A DNA stretch of 63,756 bases, counting the filler, from Octopus bimaculoides (Eukaryota): assembly GCF_001194135.2 (NCBI RefSeq). It is 4 parts of 4 records of this genome, joined end to end, with 100 filler letters (N's around TTAATTAATTAA, not from the genome) between each part and the next. Parts side by side here need not be neighbours in the genome. Positions count along the whole stretch, not along the records: positions 1 to 25,215 come from NC_068984.1; 3 more parts are not named here. One strand, written 5' to 3'. The position numbers and the translations under genes were made by a program. The notes under the pieces were generated by a model, which saw only the letters and a list, made by a program, of their open reading frames with translations, was not told the origin of the DNA and did no database searches. This document shows positions 13,380 through 24,714 of the stretch, piece after piece. Numbering within the stretch: position 1 is the first letter of the stretch; every line of letters begins with the position of its first letter.

Positions 13380-13761
13380 TCTTTTATTCTTTTGACTGCG
13401 GCCATGCTAGAGCACCGCCTTTAGTCGAACAAATCAACCCCAAGACTTATTCTTTGTAGACCTAGTATTTTATTCTATCTGGCTCTTTTGCCGAACCGCT
13501 AAGTTACGGGAACGAAAACACACCAAGATCGGTTGTCAAGCGATGGTGGGGAGACACATACCGAGACACAAACATATGCATACACACATATATACATACG
13601 ATAGGCTTCTTTCAGTTTCCGTCAACCAAATCCACTAACAAGGTTTTGGTCGGCCCGAGGCTATAGCAGAAAACACTTGCCCAAGGTGCCACTCAGTGGG
13701 ACTGAACCCGGAACCATGTGGTTGGGAAACAAGCTTCTTACCACACAGCCACGCTTGCGCC
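13380..13761 (-). mobile_element. SINE family A, full length (tRNA head, CORE-like block, internal microsatellite, 3' unit)
   Basis: Reverse complement of the copies at 45270 and 51929. A box TGGCTGTGTGG, B box GGTTCAGTCCC, core GGCACCTTGGGCAAGTG. Confidence 0.92.
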
Positions 13762-13847
13762 TTCCACGTTGCCACGCCTGCGCCTTATATATATATATAT
13801 ATATATATATATGTTTCTGCATGTAAAAAATGACAGGTGTATAGGTA

Positions 13848-14068
13848 CAGTTATACCTCACCATATCGCGGTTCACCTATCGCGGTTTATCATTAACGCT
13901 TACGTTGATTCCTCCGTGGTGTTGTTTTGCATTCATAATAAAATAGAAATATAGAAATAATAAAAATTATTTTAAAATATACAGTGCAGTACTGTTTCTA
14001 CTTCGCGGATTTTCTCCTATCGCGGAAGGTTCTGGAACGTAACACCCGCGATAGTTGAGGGATTACTG
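13848..14068. mobile_element. Tigger/pogo-like MITE (Tc1/mariner superfamily)
   Basis: Left end TA|CAGTTATACCTCACCATATCGCGG and right end CCGCGATAGTTGAGGGATTACTG|TA form about 24 bp TIRs starting CAGT, with a TA target duplication. Confidence 0.85.
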
Positions 14069-14418
14069 TATACAGGTATACCTGTTTATAGGTGTTCAAG
14101 GTGTACCTGTAATATTTTATACCTGTGCCTATGGGTAGAGACATAGAGATAGCAAGAGAATAAATTATAAAGTTAAGCAAAAGAAAAGGAAAATAAAGAA
14201 ACGGGAGTAGAGATGTGTATTGAAGTATGATTGAGAGCAGAAACAAGTTTGGAAGGAAAAAATATTGGTGGAAGTGGAACGTGAGTAAAGAGGGGGGGAG
14301 TAAAAGGGTAACAAAATGAGTGAGAGGAAAGATAGGCTGATTGGAAAGGGGAGAGAATGGGGAGAAGGAATAGAAGGTAGGAGAAGGAGAGATAAGGAAA
14401 GAGAAAGAGAAAGAGAGG

Positions 14419-14462
<44 letters not shown>

Positions 14463-14518
14463 NNNNNNNNNNNNNNNNNNNNNNNNNNNNNNNNNNNNNN
14501 NNNNNNNNNNNNNNNNNN

Positions 14519-14557
<39 letters not shown>

Positions 14558-15021
14558 AACAAGCTCGACTTCTTTTTGAAAGGCAAATGTAATCAGTAGA
14601 AAATTTAATTTCAACAAGTATTTCTCAGGTCTTCATAAATAATTCCGTTTTTTGCGAAGCGTTCTGTTTGGAATTCACACGGACCACCTAGAAAAGATCA
14701 ATTCGCTTAATGTTATTATTGCATTATTCTTTTTATTGATGTTATAGCAGTGGTTGTTTGTTGTTGTTGTTTAGATTTCAATGATGGGGAAGGGAAGGCA
14801 GAGCGTCTCAGCGGAGCCAATGACAGGAAATAGGGGAGACAACTGTGAAATAGCCACGATTACAAACAGCGGCGTGCAACCGAGTGTGAAGAATTGATGG
14901 TAATCGCGTACTTCCAGGACTAACTCTGTGTGTGTATGTGTGTGTGTGTGCGCGCGTTAGTATCTGCCAACTTGCATGTGTGTAGGTGTGTGTGCACGTA
15001 TGTGGGGGCAGCATGCAGTTC

Positions 15022-15552
15022 TACCTGCACAGGTGCGTGTTTCTTTGCATAGAGGCATCTGTGCGTGTGAATATGTCTATATATATGTGCATGTATGTTT
15101 GTGTGTGTATATATGTACATCTGTGAATGCGTTTGTCTATGAGTGCATATGTGAGGGCGTATCATTTCACCTGCACAGGTGCGTGCTTGCATGCGTGTGT
15201 ATTTTTGTATGTGCATGTGTGTGTTCATGCATGTGTGAATATCTATCTGTGTGTGTGTGAATATGCATGTATATGTGAGCTTGTGTGTGTGAATGTATGA
15301 GCACATGTGTGGACGCATCATCTACCTTCACCTGCACAGGTGCACGCTTGCATGTGTCTACATCTTTGTGAAAATGTATATGTGTGTATCTGTGTGTGTA
15401 TATATGTGTGTGAGTGTGTATCTGTGTGTGTGTGTGTATATATGTGTGTGTGTGTGCGTGTGTGTAAATTCCCCAACACGTGTTTGTCTCCTTATATGTA
15501 AGTGTGAGCGTGCATGTGTCTGCGCTTGTATCGAGTTTCACCTGCACAGATG
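15022..15552. repeat. Degenerate 146-210 bp-period repeat centred on CACCTGCACAGGTG in a (TG)-rich matrix
   Basis: Motif copies at 15022, 15168, 15329 and 15539. Confidence 0.75.
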
Positions 15553-15571
15553 CGTGCTTGTGCGCATGCTC

Positions 15572-15602
<31 letters not shown>

Positions 15603-15713
15603 TATGAATGCATGCATGGGTATGTAGCTTCACCATAAATCTCAGCTTGTGAGTGAATGAGTGTGAAGAGAGCAGAGTGGAATGGTGACCGGGAGAGAGA
15701 GCGAACAAGAGAG

Positions 15714-15714
<1 letters not shown>

Positions 15715-15802
<88 letters not shown>
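15715..15802. repeat. (GA)n microsatellite
   Basis: Directly visible. Confidence 0.98.
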
Positions 15803-15803
<1 letters not shown>

Positions 15804-16959
15804 AAAAAGTCATGAAACCTTTCCTAACTTTTCTCCCATTTTTTATCTCCAGATTTATTTACGATTTTCTAAAGTTTGCGTTTGTCTGTTTCCAGTAAAA
15901 AGTGAGACAATATATAAAATATTTATTGGCTGTCGTCAACGAATGAACAGTTGAATGGTTTCTGCGAGTAAATAAACCATTTATTCAGGAAGAGGTGGCA
16001 CCGTGGGTTGACAATGGACTGCCGGGTTGGTCACTCATTGGATAAATATATACCACCGACATGTATGTGTGTTTGTATGTATGCATGTATGTATGTATGT
16101 ATGCATGTATGTATGTATGTATTATGTATCTATGTATGTATGTGCGTGTGTGTATATGTATGCATGTTCGAATGTGCGTATACATGCTTCCATACATGCG
16201 TACATATATTCGCACATTCAAACACATACATATCATATATACATCCATAACACATACACACACAAAAAACACACACGCGTGCACACGCAAGCACAAGCAC
16301 ACACGCACTCACACGCACATATATGTACAAACATGCATACATACCTACCTATATATATATATACAAGAATAAGGGCAGAGAATCGTCAATTAATAATAGA
16401 ATTAATAATTAACAATTTTGCCAAGTAGTTCAGTANNNNNNNNNNNNNNNNNNNNNNNNNNNNNNNNNNNNNNNNNNNNNNNNNNNNNNNNNNNNNNNNN
16501 NNNNNNNNNNNNNNNNNNNNNNNNNNNNNNNNNNNNNNNNNNNNNNNNNNNNNNNNNNNNNNNNNNNNNNNNNNNNNNNNNNNNNNNNNNNNNNNNNNNN
16601 NNNNNNNNNNNNNNNNNNNNNNNNNNNNNNNNNNNNNNNNNNNNNNNNNNNNNNNNNNNNNNNNNNNNNNNNNNNNNNNNNNNNNNNNNNNNNNNNNNNN
16701 NNNNNNNNNNNNNNNNNNNNNNNNNNNNNNNNNNNNNNNNNNNNNNNNNNNNNNNNNNNNNNNNNNNNNNNNNNNNNNNNNNNNNNNNNNNNNNNNNNNN
16801 NNNNNNNNNNNNNNNNNNNNNNNNNNNNNNNNNNNNNNNNNNNNNNNNNNNNNNNNNNNNNNNNNNNNNNNNNNNNNNNNNNNNNNNNNNNNNNNNNNNN
16901 NNNNNNNNNNNNNNNNNNNNNNNNNNNNNNNNNNNNNNNNNNNNNNNNNNNNNNNNNNN

Positions 16960-17007
<48 letters not shown>

Positions 17008-17058
17008 ATACACACACACATACATATACATATACAAACATTAAACATGCATATACTG

Positions 17059-17102
<44 letters not shown>

Positions 17103-17870
17103 TATACATTGGTTCTGTCTGGCCTTTGATAGCCTCTGGAAGCAAGCTAGAATTTTGCATTAAAAATAAGTATTTTTGTTGATCATTTGTTCCAATGTTG
17201 TTACTTTCTTGAAAACCACATAAAATATCATTTACATTTTCTTTCTATTTAACACAATTCCCATCATATTTAATTTAAATATATTAAATCGTCGGTAACG
17301 ACTAACATCAATCCCTCAAAATTACTTGTCTTAGATATAAAACTGAATCAGTTATAATGCACACCGGTCCTCCAAAAATATAGAGGTTCCCTGCCCTAGA
17401 TCAATGGCCGGTGGTTCCTTCTAATGTATAAAGAGTCTCTGCTTTTATTTCCCTTAATTCCCTGCGGCCTTCAGAAATATAGTGTCCCCAGCTTTCAAGC
17501 AAGCGGCCGTCGTTATTTATAATGGTTCCCTGCCTCTAGGCCAAACGCGCCTTAATTCAATGCGACCTTCACATAAGATTCTTCCACTTCGGCCTCAACT
17601 CTCCTTCCATTCAACGTGTGAATGTTTACACTCACTAACAAGTTCGATGGGCAATTTCTAAGGGACAATCAACCAGTCTAAGGAGAGTTTAAGAAGCAGT
17701 GAATATCAATCAGCTGTGAATGCCGTCTTTCTTAGATTTATGGAGTGTGAGAGAGGGCAGTCGATGAATAATGCAACACAAGGTGAGCCGGAGTGAAGTA
17801 TCAAAGGGACGCGGAGTTGACCCGGTTTAACAAGGGAACCTGTTCTATATGTTTACGTGTATACATCTGC

Positions 17871-17910
<40 letters not shown>

Positions 17911-18022
17911 ATATATATAGAGAGAGATAGATATGGGTGAGTGTGTGTGTGTGAATACATACTCTTATGCACACCTATATACATGCACATAGCCACACTT
18001 ATACGGTATGCATGTATATATG

Positions 18023-18064
<42 letters not shown>

Positions 18065-18609
18065 TATGGTATGGTATTATACACGCGCGTGTGCGTTGGA
18101 ATGTATGTATAAGCGTCAAGGTATACGCATTCCCGGTCCCCTGCGTCTCTCTTTGTTTCGTCATCAGTGTTTAAGCAGTCTTATATAGAGAGGTGTTTGC
18201 ATATGGATGTGTATCGTGTGTATTGAATGGAGGCAGACGATTTGCAGATCTGTTTTGTATACTTCGTAGAGTGTATTTTTTTTTTTTTCAAATATAATTT
18301 ATAGTTTAACGTTCTTCAGTGAGGCTTTAGCAATTTTATTTCTTGCAGCAGTATGGAAACGCGAAGGTTTCTACATCAATAAAACCTCATTTCCCCGCAT
18401 CCCTTTCAAGCACGAGCAGCACGCTGCTAGCCTCCCCCCTCGCTCACAATCACTCAGAATGTTACGGCTCGCTACCCCATCCCAGGTCGTCTCCTAGCGA
18501 AAGCACATCTTTAACATATCTAGGATCTCCCTAGCTGGAAAACTGATACTTCTCTTCGGGTCAAAATATTCTTCATTCTCCAACAATTACTGAAAATCTA
18601 CAAAGTTCA

Positions 18610-19320
18610 GGGAGGCCCCACAATGACGTTTACCAACTGTCTCAAAGGGTTTGTTGTGGCGGACGCCCCCAGGCGAGAAGTGGGCTGGTCCACTGTTAAT
18701 AGATGGTGGACTGTTATAGTCAGTAGGGTCGGTCGGCGAAGGTAGGCCGTTCGGACCGGTCCCGTGGAGACGATGAAATACGTCGTCATCATGGGACATA
18801 TCAGTGCCGACGAGGATTCGGACAATATCGCCACATGGGACATATCGGGGTTTTAGTTCAGCTGCGGTTGGCAACGTGTAACAGACGAACAACACCTTGC
18901 GAACCATTAACAGAAGTTTTATACTCTGCACAAGTATTTTCCGTGTTGGTCTATGAACGATGAATGCAAATGATAACTTATACACATGAGAATGGATAAA
19001 CTCTGGAGTTAAGACAAAATAGCTGGTTAGTATGGCTCCGTGACTACACTGGCACGATTGGAGAAATATCATGTTAAATTCATGACAACTAATCTGTGGC
19101 TGCCAACTATTGGTTTGAATAAGCATTTGTTAAAACAGCTATTGGCATACTGAATCTGTTCAGCTTGAGAATAGAAATAGAAGTATGAAGTTGTGCAAAC
19201 GACTGTTTGTTCTGTATCTACAACGGTTGGTGAATAACTTGAGAATGGAGCTGCTACAGCAACTGGCTCGACATTCTATCATTCGTGTTAGCCGTCTGCT
19301 TGGACCGTCTGGCTAGAATA
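18610..19320 (+). mobile_element. Degenerate RTE-like LINE, APE endonuclease region
   Basis: Frame-hopping translation gives LKGFVVADAP (cf. LKG..IVAYAP), YVVIMGHISADEDSDNIATW (cf. IMGDLNAKVGSDN..W), WS...K**LIHM..KLW (cf. W.SP..KNQIDHI...RW), GS.DY (cf. GSDH) and K*KYEVVQ (cf. LKNRFEVL). Many stop codons. Confidence 0.5.
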
Positions 19321-19807
19321 CAGACTCAACTCGCTCAGCCGCCTTCCTCACAGCTGTCCTATCACATAGACATCCTACACTACATCCAGAAAAGGGTCAA
19401 CCGACCCTTTTCACTGATATGTACCCAGCTTCTTCCCCACATGCGTGCTGTCCCCTTTCTTTGCCTTTTCTACAGCTACTATTTTTTTCTTTTGCTCGCT
19501 AGAGCTGGCTGGTCTCGTACAACCTCTACTCAGATACTCGTGACTCACACATCACTCCCCCTCCCCTTAAACTTATTCTGTCCAGTTACACAGTCCCCAA
19601 ATCCTTCCTTCTCAGGACGTTGGTCCTTAGTACCTCCCTGCTCATCTCTTCCCTGCAGTTGTTCACCTGCAACGGCTTAGAGCCCATACAAAGGCTAAGG
19701 GCTCTGTCCCTTCCTCCAGAACCAACAACCTTGTTAAGGTTAAACTATGTATGAAAGTTGGAGCATATCGTAGGATATGACGTCGAGCTTGAACAGAGAA
19801 CTGATAA

Positions 19808-19867
<60 letters not shown>

Positions 19868-20195
19868 NNNNNNNNNNNNNNNNNNNNNNNNNNNNNNNNN
19901 NNNNNNNNNNNNNNNNNNNNNNNNNNNNNNNNNNNNNNNNNNNNNNNNNNNNNNNNNNNNNNNNNNNNNNNNNNNNNNNNNNNNNNNNNNNNNNNNNNNN
20001 NNNNNNNNNNNNNNNNNNNNNNNNNNNNNNNNNNNNNNNNNNNNNNNNNNNNNNNNNNNNNNNNNNNNNNNNNNNNNNNNNNNNNNNNNNNNNNNNNNNN
20101 NNNNNNNNNNNNNNNNNNNNNNNNNNNNNNNNNNNNNNNNNNNNNNNNNNNNNNNNNNNNNNNNNNNNNNNNNNNNNNNNNNNNNNNNNNNNNNN

Positions 20196-20255
<60 letters not shown>

Positions 20256-20771
20256 CATAAGCAAGTATATATATGTATATACGTATTTATGTTATATAAG
20301 TTTATGTGCATAATGAGTGAGCGTACATAGATATGTCTTACCAAAACAACTTTACTACTACACATATTTGCACCTCATCTTTAAAGTATAAAGAAAATCT
20401 AATAATTTTCTTTTTAGACGAGACATGTAATACGTGGTAAAGAAAATTCAATTTCATTGATTGGTCTATTGAAATATGACGTCAGCTGATGATACCAGAT
20501 CTAAACATGAGAGGTGATACAAGATAGAAGCTTTTATAGTCGTCTCTATGTAAGACTTAATCGAAAGAAGATGTCCATGATCGATGTGTTTCCAAACGTT
20601 CATACATCAGTACCCCATGAGATCAATACACATCTGATAAACATTGCAAACTTTACATATTTCTGTTTTCTTTATCACAACTTCATGAATAGGGTCTATT
20701 TTCGACAGAAATACTGAAAATATATCTTTTCTTTCCAAAGTATGCATTCATATAGTTTTTCAGAAAACTGT

Positions 20772-20877
<106 letters not shown>

Positions 20878-21189
20878 CACTCACACACACACACACACAC
20901 ACACACATATAAATGTCAGGAACAATATTCTGAAAAACTATATTAATGCATATTTTAGTAAAAAGATGTATTTTTCCAGATTTCTATGTGAGCATATAGA
21001 AGCAAAACAAGGTTGAGAAACTAGTACTCAATTACTAAAGGTAGAGTAAGATGTAGTGTTTAATTAAAGCCAGGGTTGGTGAATATCACATCATAAAACA
21101 TATAAAAGAAATTTGCTAGAGTGAAAATGGAGTGGGAGAGAGAAAGAAAGGAATGGAAACTTCTTATAGTAAAAGGATTTTTCTAAAAC

Positions 21190-22870
21190 AGTATTTTCTA
21201 AAACATGTACACCGATTAGTGACTCGTACACTAATGTCATCCGGCACTCCAGGAAATCATTACTGTTTGTGAAGACCCCAATCAGAGTTAAGAGAAACAA
21301 GGATTAACCGTTTGAGGTGCCAATGGATGCCTACGATGGGGCGGAACTATTCATAGTTATTGGTGTATACATTCTAAATTCTCTGTAAAATTCTGTGCGA
21401 GTATATACAATGATGACAAGCTTATTATTATTATTCATAGTACAAATCGCGTGCAGACAATTCGTCGACAGACAATTCGCCGACAAACAATTCACCGATT
21501 AGACAATTGGCTGATTGGACAATAAGTCGACATGCGGAAGTATCGATCATGGGGTTCATCAAAACGGAACGAGGAAGCAGAAAGCTCCTATACAAAGGGT
21601 GGCACCACGCCTTCAGTAGAAGAGTTAACGTCCATCATCCTAACTTATCCGAATTAATTGAGAAGCTTAGGGTAGAACAGTCACGCACCGAAATGGTAAT
21701 AGAACTGGCCATATCAGGGGTTGAAGTGGCAAGGAAAAGCAAAAAAGTACATTCGCCTGAAGACTTAGAACCATTGTTCTTAATTACGACGATGAAGCTG
21801 GGTTGGAATTTTCAAGGACATGTGACCATAATTGCATGGGATATCTTTATTTCTATTTGTAAGTCGAACAAAACATTTTGTGCATTTTTTTCATATGTCG
21901 ACCTATTGTACGTAATATATTTTTATAAATAATTTTTTTTATTTGTAAGTCTAATAAAACTGTTTCGTAATTTTTACTTTGCTTTTAAAAAATTTCCACA
22001 TCTTGTCCTTGCAGCAAATGTCCAATCGGTCACTTGTCTTGTCTGTAAGTTGTCTTTCGATCAACTGTCTGTCGACGAATTGTTCGTCTACCATAAAAAC
22101 GGACATAGATTCGATTGGTTCGAGGAAGATCTTAATCATTCTTTCCGCGCGTGGCTTTAAGAATCACTGTTGATGCGAACCTTAGTAGTGTCAAGTTTCT
22201 TAGATGTTACCTCAGATCTACAATGTAGCAAGTTTAGGCATTACCATAAGCGTAACGAAAGGCTATTCTATATTTATAAGAATTCCACACACTCACCTTA
22301 CATTTTGAAGAAGTAAATATCGTTTTTGTCAGTGAATGAAGAAACCTTCCGAATGGCCACCCTTTATTACAACAATTCCCTTAAAACAACCAGTTTTCTG
22401 ACCAGATTTGTTATACAAGAAAAGAAAATAAACCCACGAGATCTTTAAGAAATAGGACCAGAAGATTTTGTTCTTCAATCAAAAAATTTGTATTAATGTC
22501 AAAACTGATGTAGCTGGGGATTTTTTAGATTCAATATCAAGAGATGTTTCCAAGATGCGTATTAAAGGATATTTAACGGAACACCCTAAAAGTAAGTTAT
22601 TCTTGTTGTTAGAAGTTTGTTTTGTTGGTTATTGAAATAGAACGTGAAAGGACTTGCTGGAGCTAATGGAAATGAAACTAAATCTAAATATAATTGTATA
22701 GATCCTAGAAGCTACCAGTTTAGTGGTAATTACTTTATCGAAGAAGTATATAGAATTAAAGTACAAGTCGATAATAAACCTACATGCAAAACCTATACTG
22801 GAGCAATAGTAAACAGCTTCAAGACATGGTCTTGAAAGTTCAGTAGTGTATACCATCTCTCTGATCTGAG
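21190..22870 (+). mobile_element. Degenerate Penelope-like element (RT plus GIY-YIG), interrupted by a MULE
   Basis: IRHSRKSLLF...FEVPMDAYDGAEL (cf. FDVTMGSYDGAEV), IYNDDKL (catalytic YRDD remnant); after the insertion FLDVT.DL...YHKRNERLFYIYKNSTHSP, IFN..TLKVSYSC, and YNCIDPRSYQFSGNYFIEEVY...KTYTG (GIY-YIG start). Confidence 0.85.
21450..22092 (+). mobile_element. Internally deleted Mutator-like (MULE) DNA transposon
   Basis: An 18 bp perfect inverted repeat, ACAATTCGTCGACAGACA (21457-21474) and TGTCTGTCGACGAATTGT (22066-22083), lies within tandemly reiterated subterminal repeats. Coding remnant MGFIKTERGSRKLLYKG joined to WHHAFSRRVNVHHPNLSELIEKLRVEQS (cf. MULE EGWHNAF...HPN.WK.I..LK.EQ). 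A 9 bp TSD is not convincing. Confidence 0.8.
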
Positions 22871-23866
22871 TTGACCTGAGGCCACTCTACATCTGGTTAT
22901 TAAATGCTAAACTATGGTTCGAATTTATTATTTCGTAACTCATCACTGGCACCAAGTAGTGTTCATTGCTAAATTAATTATTTCTTGCATGCCTTAAATA
23001 GACCCCATGGATGATAGATATTTTGTACAGCCAAAGGACTCATTCGAAATAGTTTCAAAGATATACTTTGGAAAGATGCTACTTTTAAATCAATGGCGTT
23101 AGATGAATGTGATTGGTGTAAAGTTAATCGATTGATACTAATTATCACACTAGCATGAAATAAATAATGTAGATTGATTCTGCATATAATATTAACAGCA
23201 AACATTGCTCGAACATTAGAAAGAAATCAATTTGTTTGAAGTGCTCAGCATTTTTTTTTTCAATTGAATTCAAACTAACAAATAACTGACCAAGAGAATA
23301 ACATATATTTCTGGGGGGTTTTTTTTTTGTATTTTTCTGGTCTAAAACCTACATTCATGAAGTAAATAAACATTTCAAATTAACTTTCTTTCCCATTTCA
23401 TTTCCAAATGTTTCGCGAAATATCAACTCTTTTTAAACGATACTCATTGACATATTTCTGCTTGCAGATAAATCTCACAAAACTACAGCTTTCGAACATT
23501 CCTAAAGTGGACGTTTCTGATTTTCGGGTGAGTACCGAATATTTTAAAGTTCTTTTCTAAACCTTTCCCAAACTTATTTGTTTTTAGGAATATATATTCA
23601 TCTAGATCTAATGGCAATTCATGATTGATCAATTTATGACCATTCTTATGACTTTGTTGTGCAAGATTTCATTCTTGTGGCTGTGGGACAAACATGGCTT
23701 CCATTAGAGACCAGGCCCTGTATTTCTGGAGGAAACCTGGAACTTTCTTTATTTGACGTACGATTTGAACCCGCAGACCCCCGTACATAACTGGCGCATT
23801 ATTTTACCAAGGGCTGTAATCATTGCACCTGCTATACATACATATATATGTATAGACATGCATTTG

Positions 23867-23919
<53 letters not shown>

Positions 23920-23954
23920 NNNNNNNNNNGTGTGTATGTGTGTGTGTGTGTGTG

Positions 23955-24180
23955 CGTGTTTGTGTCTTTGTGACGGTATTTGCACCCAACCACCGCTCCA
24001 CAATCGGCGTTGGTGTGCTAACGTACACGTGACCTAACGCTTTGGCAAATAACTCCGATAGAATGAGTACCAGGCTTTAAAAAGAAGTACTGGTATCAAC
24101 TGATTCGCGTAAAAATCCTTGAAGATGGTGCCCCAGCATGGCCGCAGTCTAATAACAGAAACAGAAAAGTGACAAGAGAT
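23955..24180 (+). mobile_element. Diverged SINE family A-related 3' unit
   Basis: CGATAGAATGAGTACCAGGCTTTAAAAA...GGTGCCCCAGCATGGCCGCAGTC matches the family A tail. Confidence 0.7.
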
Positions 24181-24203
24181 ATTTGATTTTGTTTTCTTTA
24201 AAT

Positions 24204-24239
<36 letters not shown>

Positions 24240-24666
24240 TGTATGATATATGATATATGAGAGGTGTTGGTATCTAGAAGACCCAAGATGGCAGGTAAGG
24301 CTGTTTAAGTGGTGAGGGAAGACCGTAGTTAGACTCTCGATTCGATGATACTACGAGTGAGGACTCTTATACCGATCTTACGTAAGCATGTATTTGTTAA
24401 GTGAAATGAGACAAAGAAGCCAAGGCTGTGTAATAACAAAATACGAACTCCTATCGAAATCTACATACCATGCATAAGAAGCCTTTCTACCCATTCTACA
24501 CAGCTCTTTCCTTGGATAATGGAACTGCAGCTGTAACAACCTATATATATTTTTTACTTTAATTTTTATTCTCTTATTTCCCTTTATACTTCCTATGTCT
24601 ATCCTTTTCCAAAATAACAACTTACATTGAACTCTACTATTTCCCTCTGGTTAACACCCTCAACTC

Positions 24667-24714
24667 GTCTCTCATGACGATATATTTATTATTTCCCCGA
24701 AACAGCTGTAAGAC
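24667..24714 (+). ncRNA. Decayed minimal type I hammerhead motif (probably inactive) in a Penelope-like terminal region
   Basis: GUCU-CUCAUGA-(stem II remnant ending UCCCC)-GAAAC-AGCU-GUA-AGAC. Stem I GUCU:AGAC, palindromic stem III ACAGCUGU, GUA triplet. The core carries G5>C and the 5' arm of stem II is eroded. Confidence 0.5.

Noticed and set aside
18154-18167. CTGATGACGAAAC on the minus strand as a hammerhead
   Set aside because: There is no stem II between the core boxes and no NUH or stem I.
18426-18446. AGCCTCCCCCCTCGCT, resembling the HDV P3/L3 sequence
   Set aside because: The loop has four extra C residues, and no matching P1 or P2 partner was found.
18587-19126. 179 aa minus-strand ORF as a gene
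   Set aside because: No recognisable domain; best explained as the antisense shadow of the decayed plus-strand endonuclease-like frame.
20477-20484. Isolated TGACGTCA (CRE); also TCACGTGA near 3614 and TTCCCACG at 56134
   Set aside because: Single 8-mers are expected by chance in 64 kb.
24268-24300. CAAGATGGCAG|GTAAGG as a first coding exon
   Set aside because: No promoter or downstream exon support, and it sits next to Penelope-like terminal sequence.
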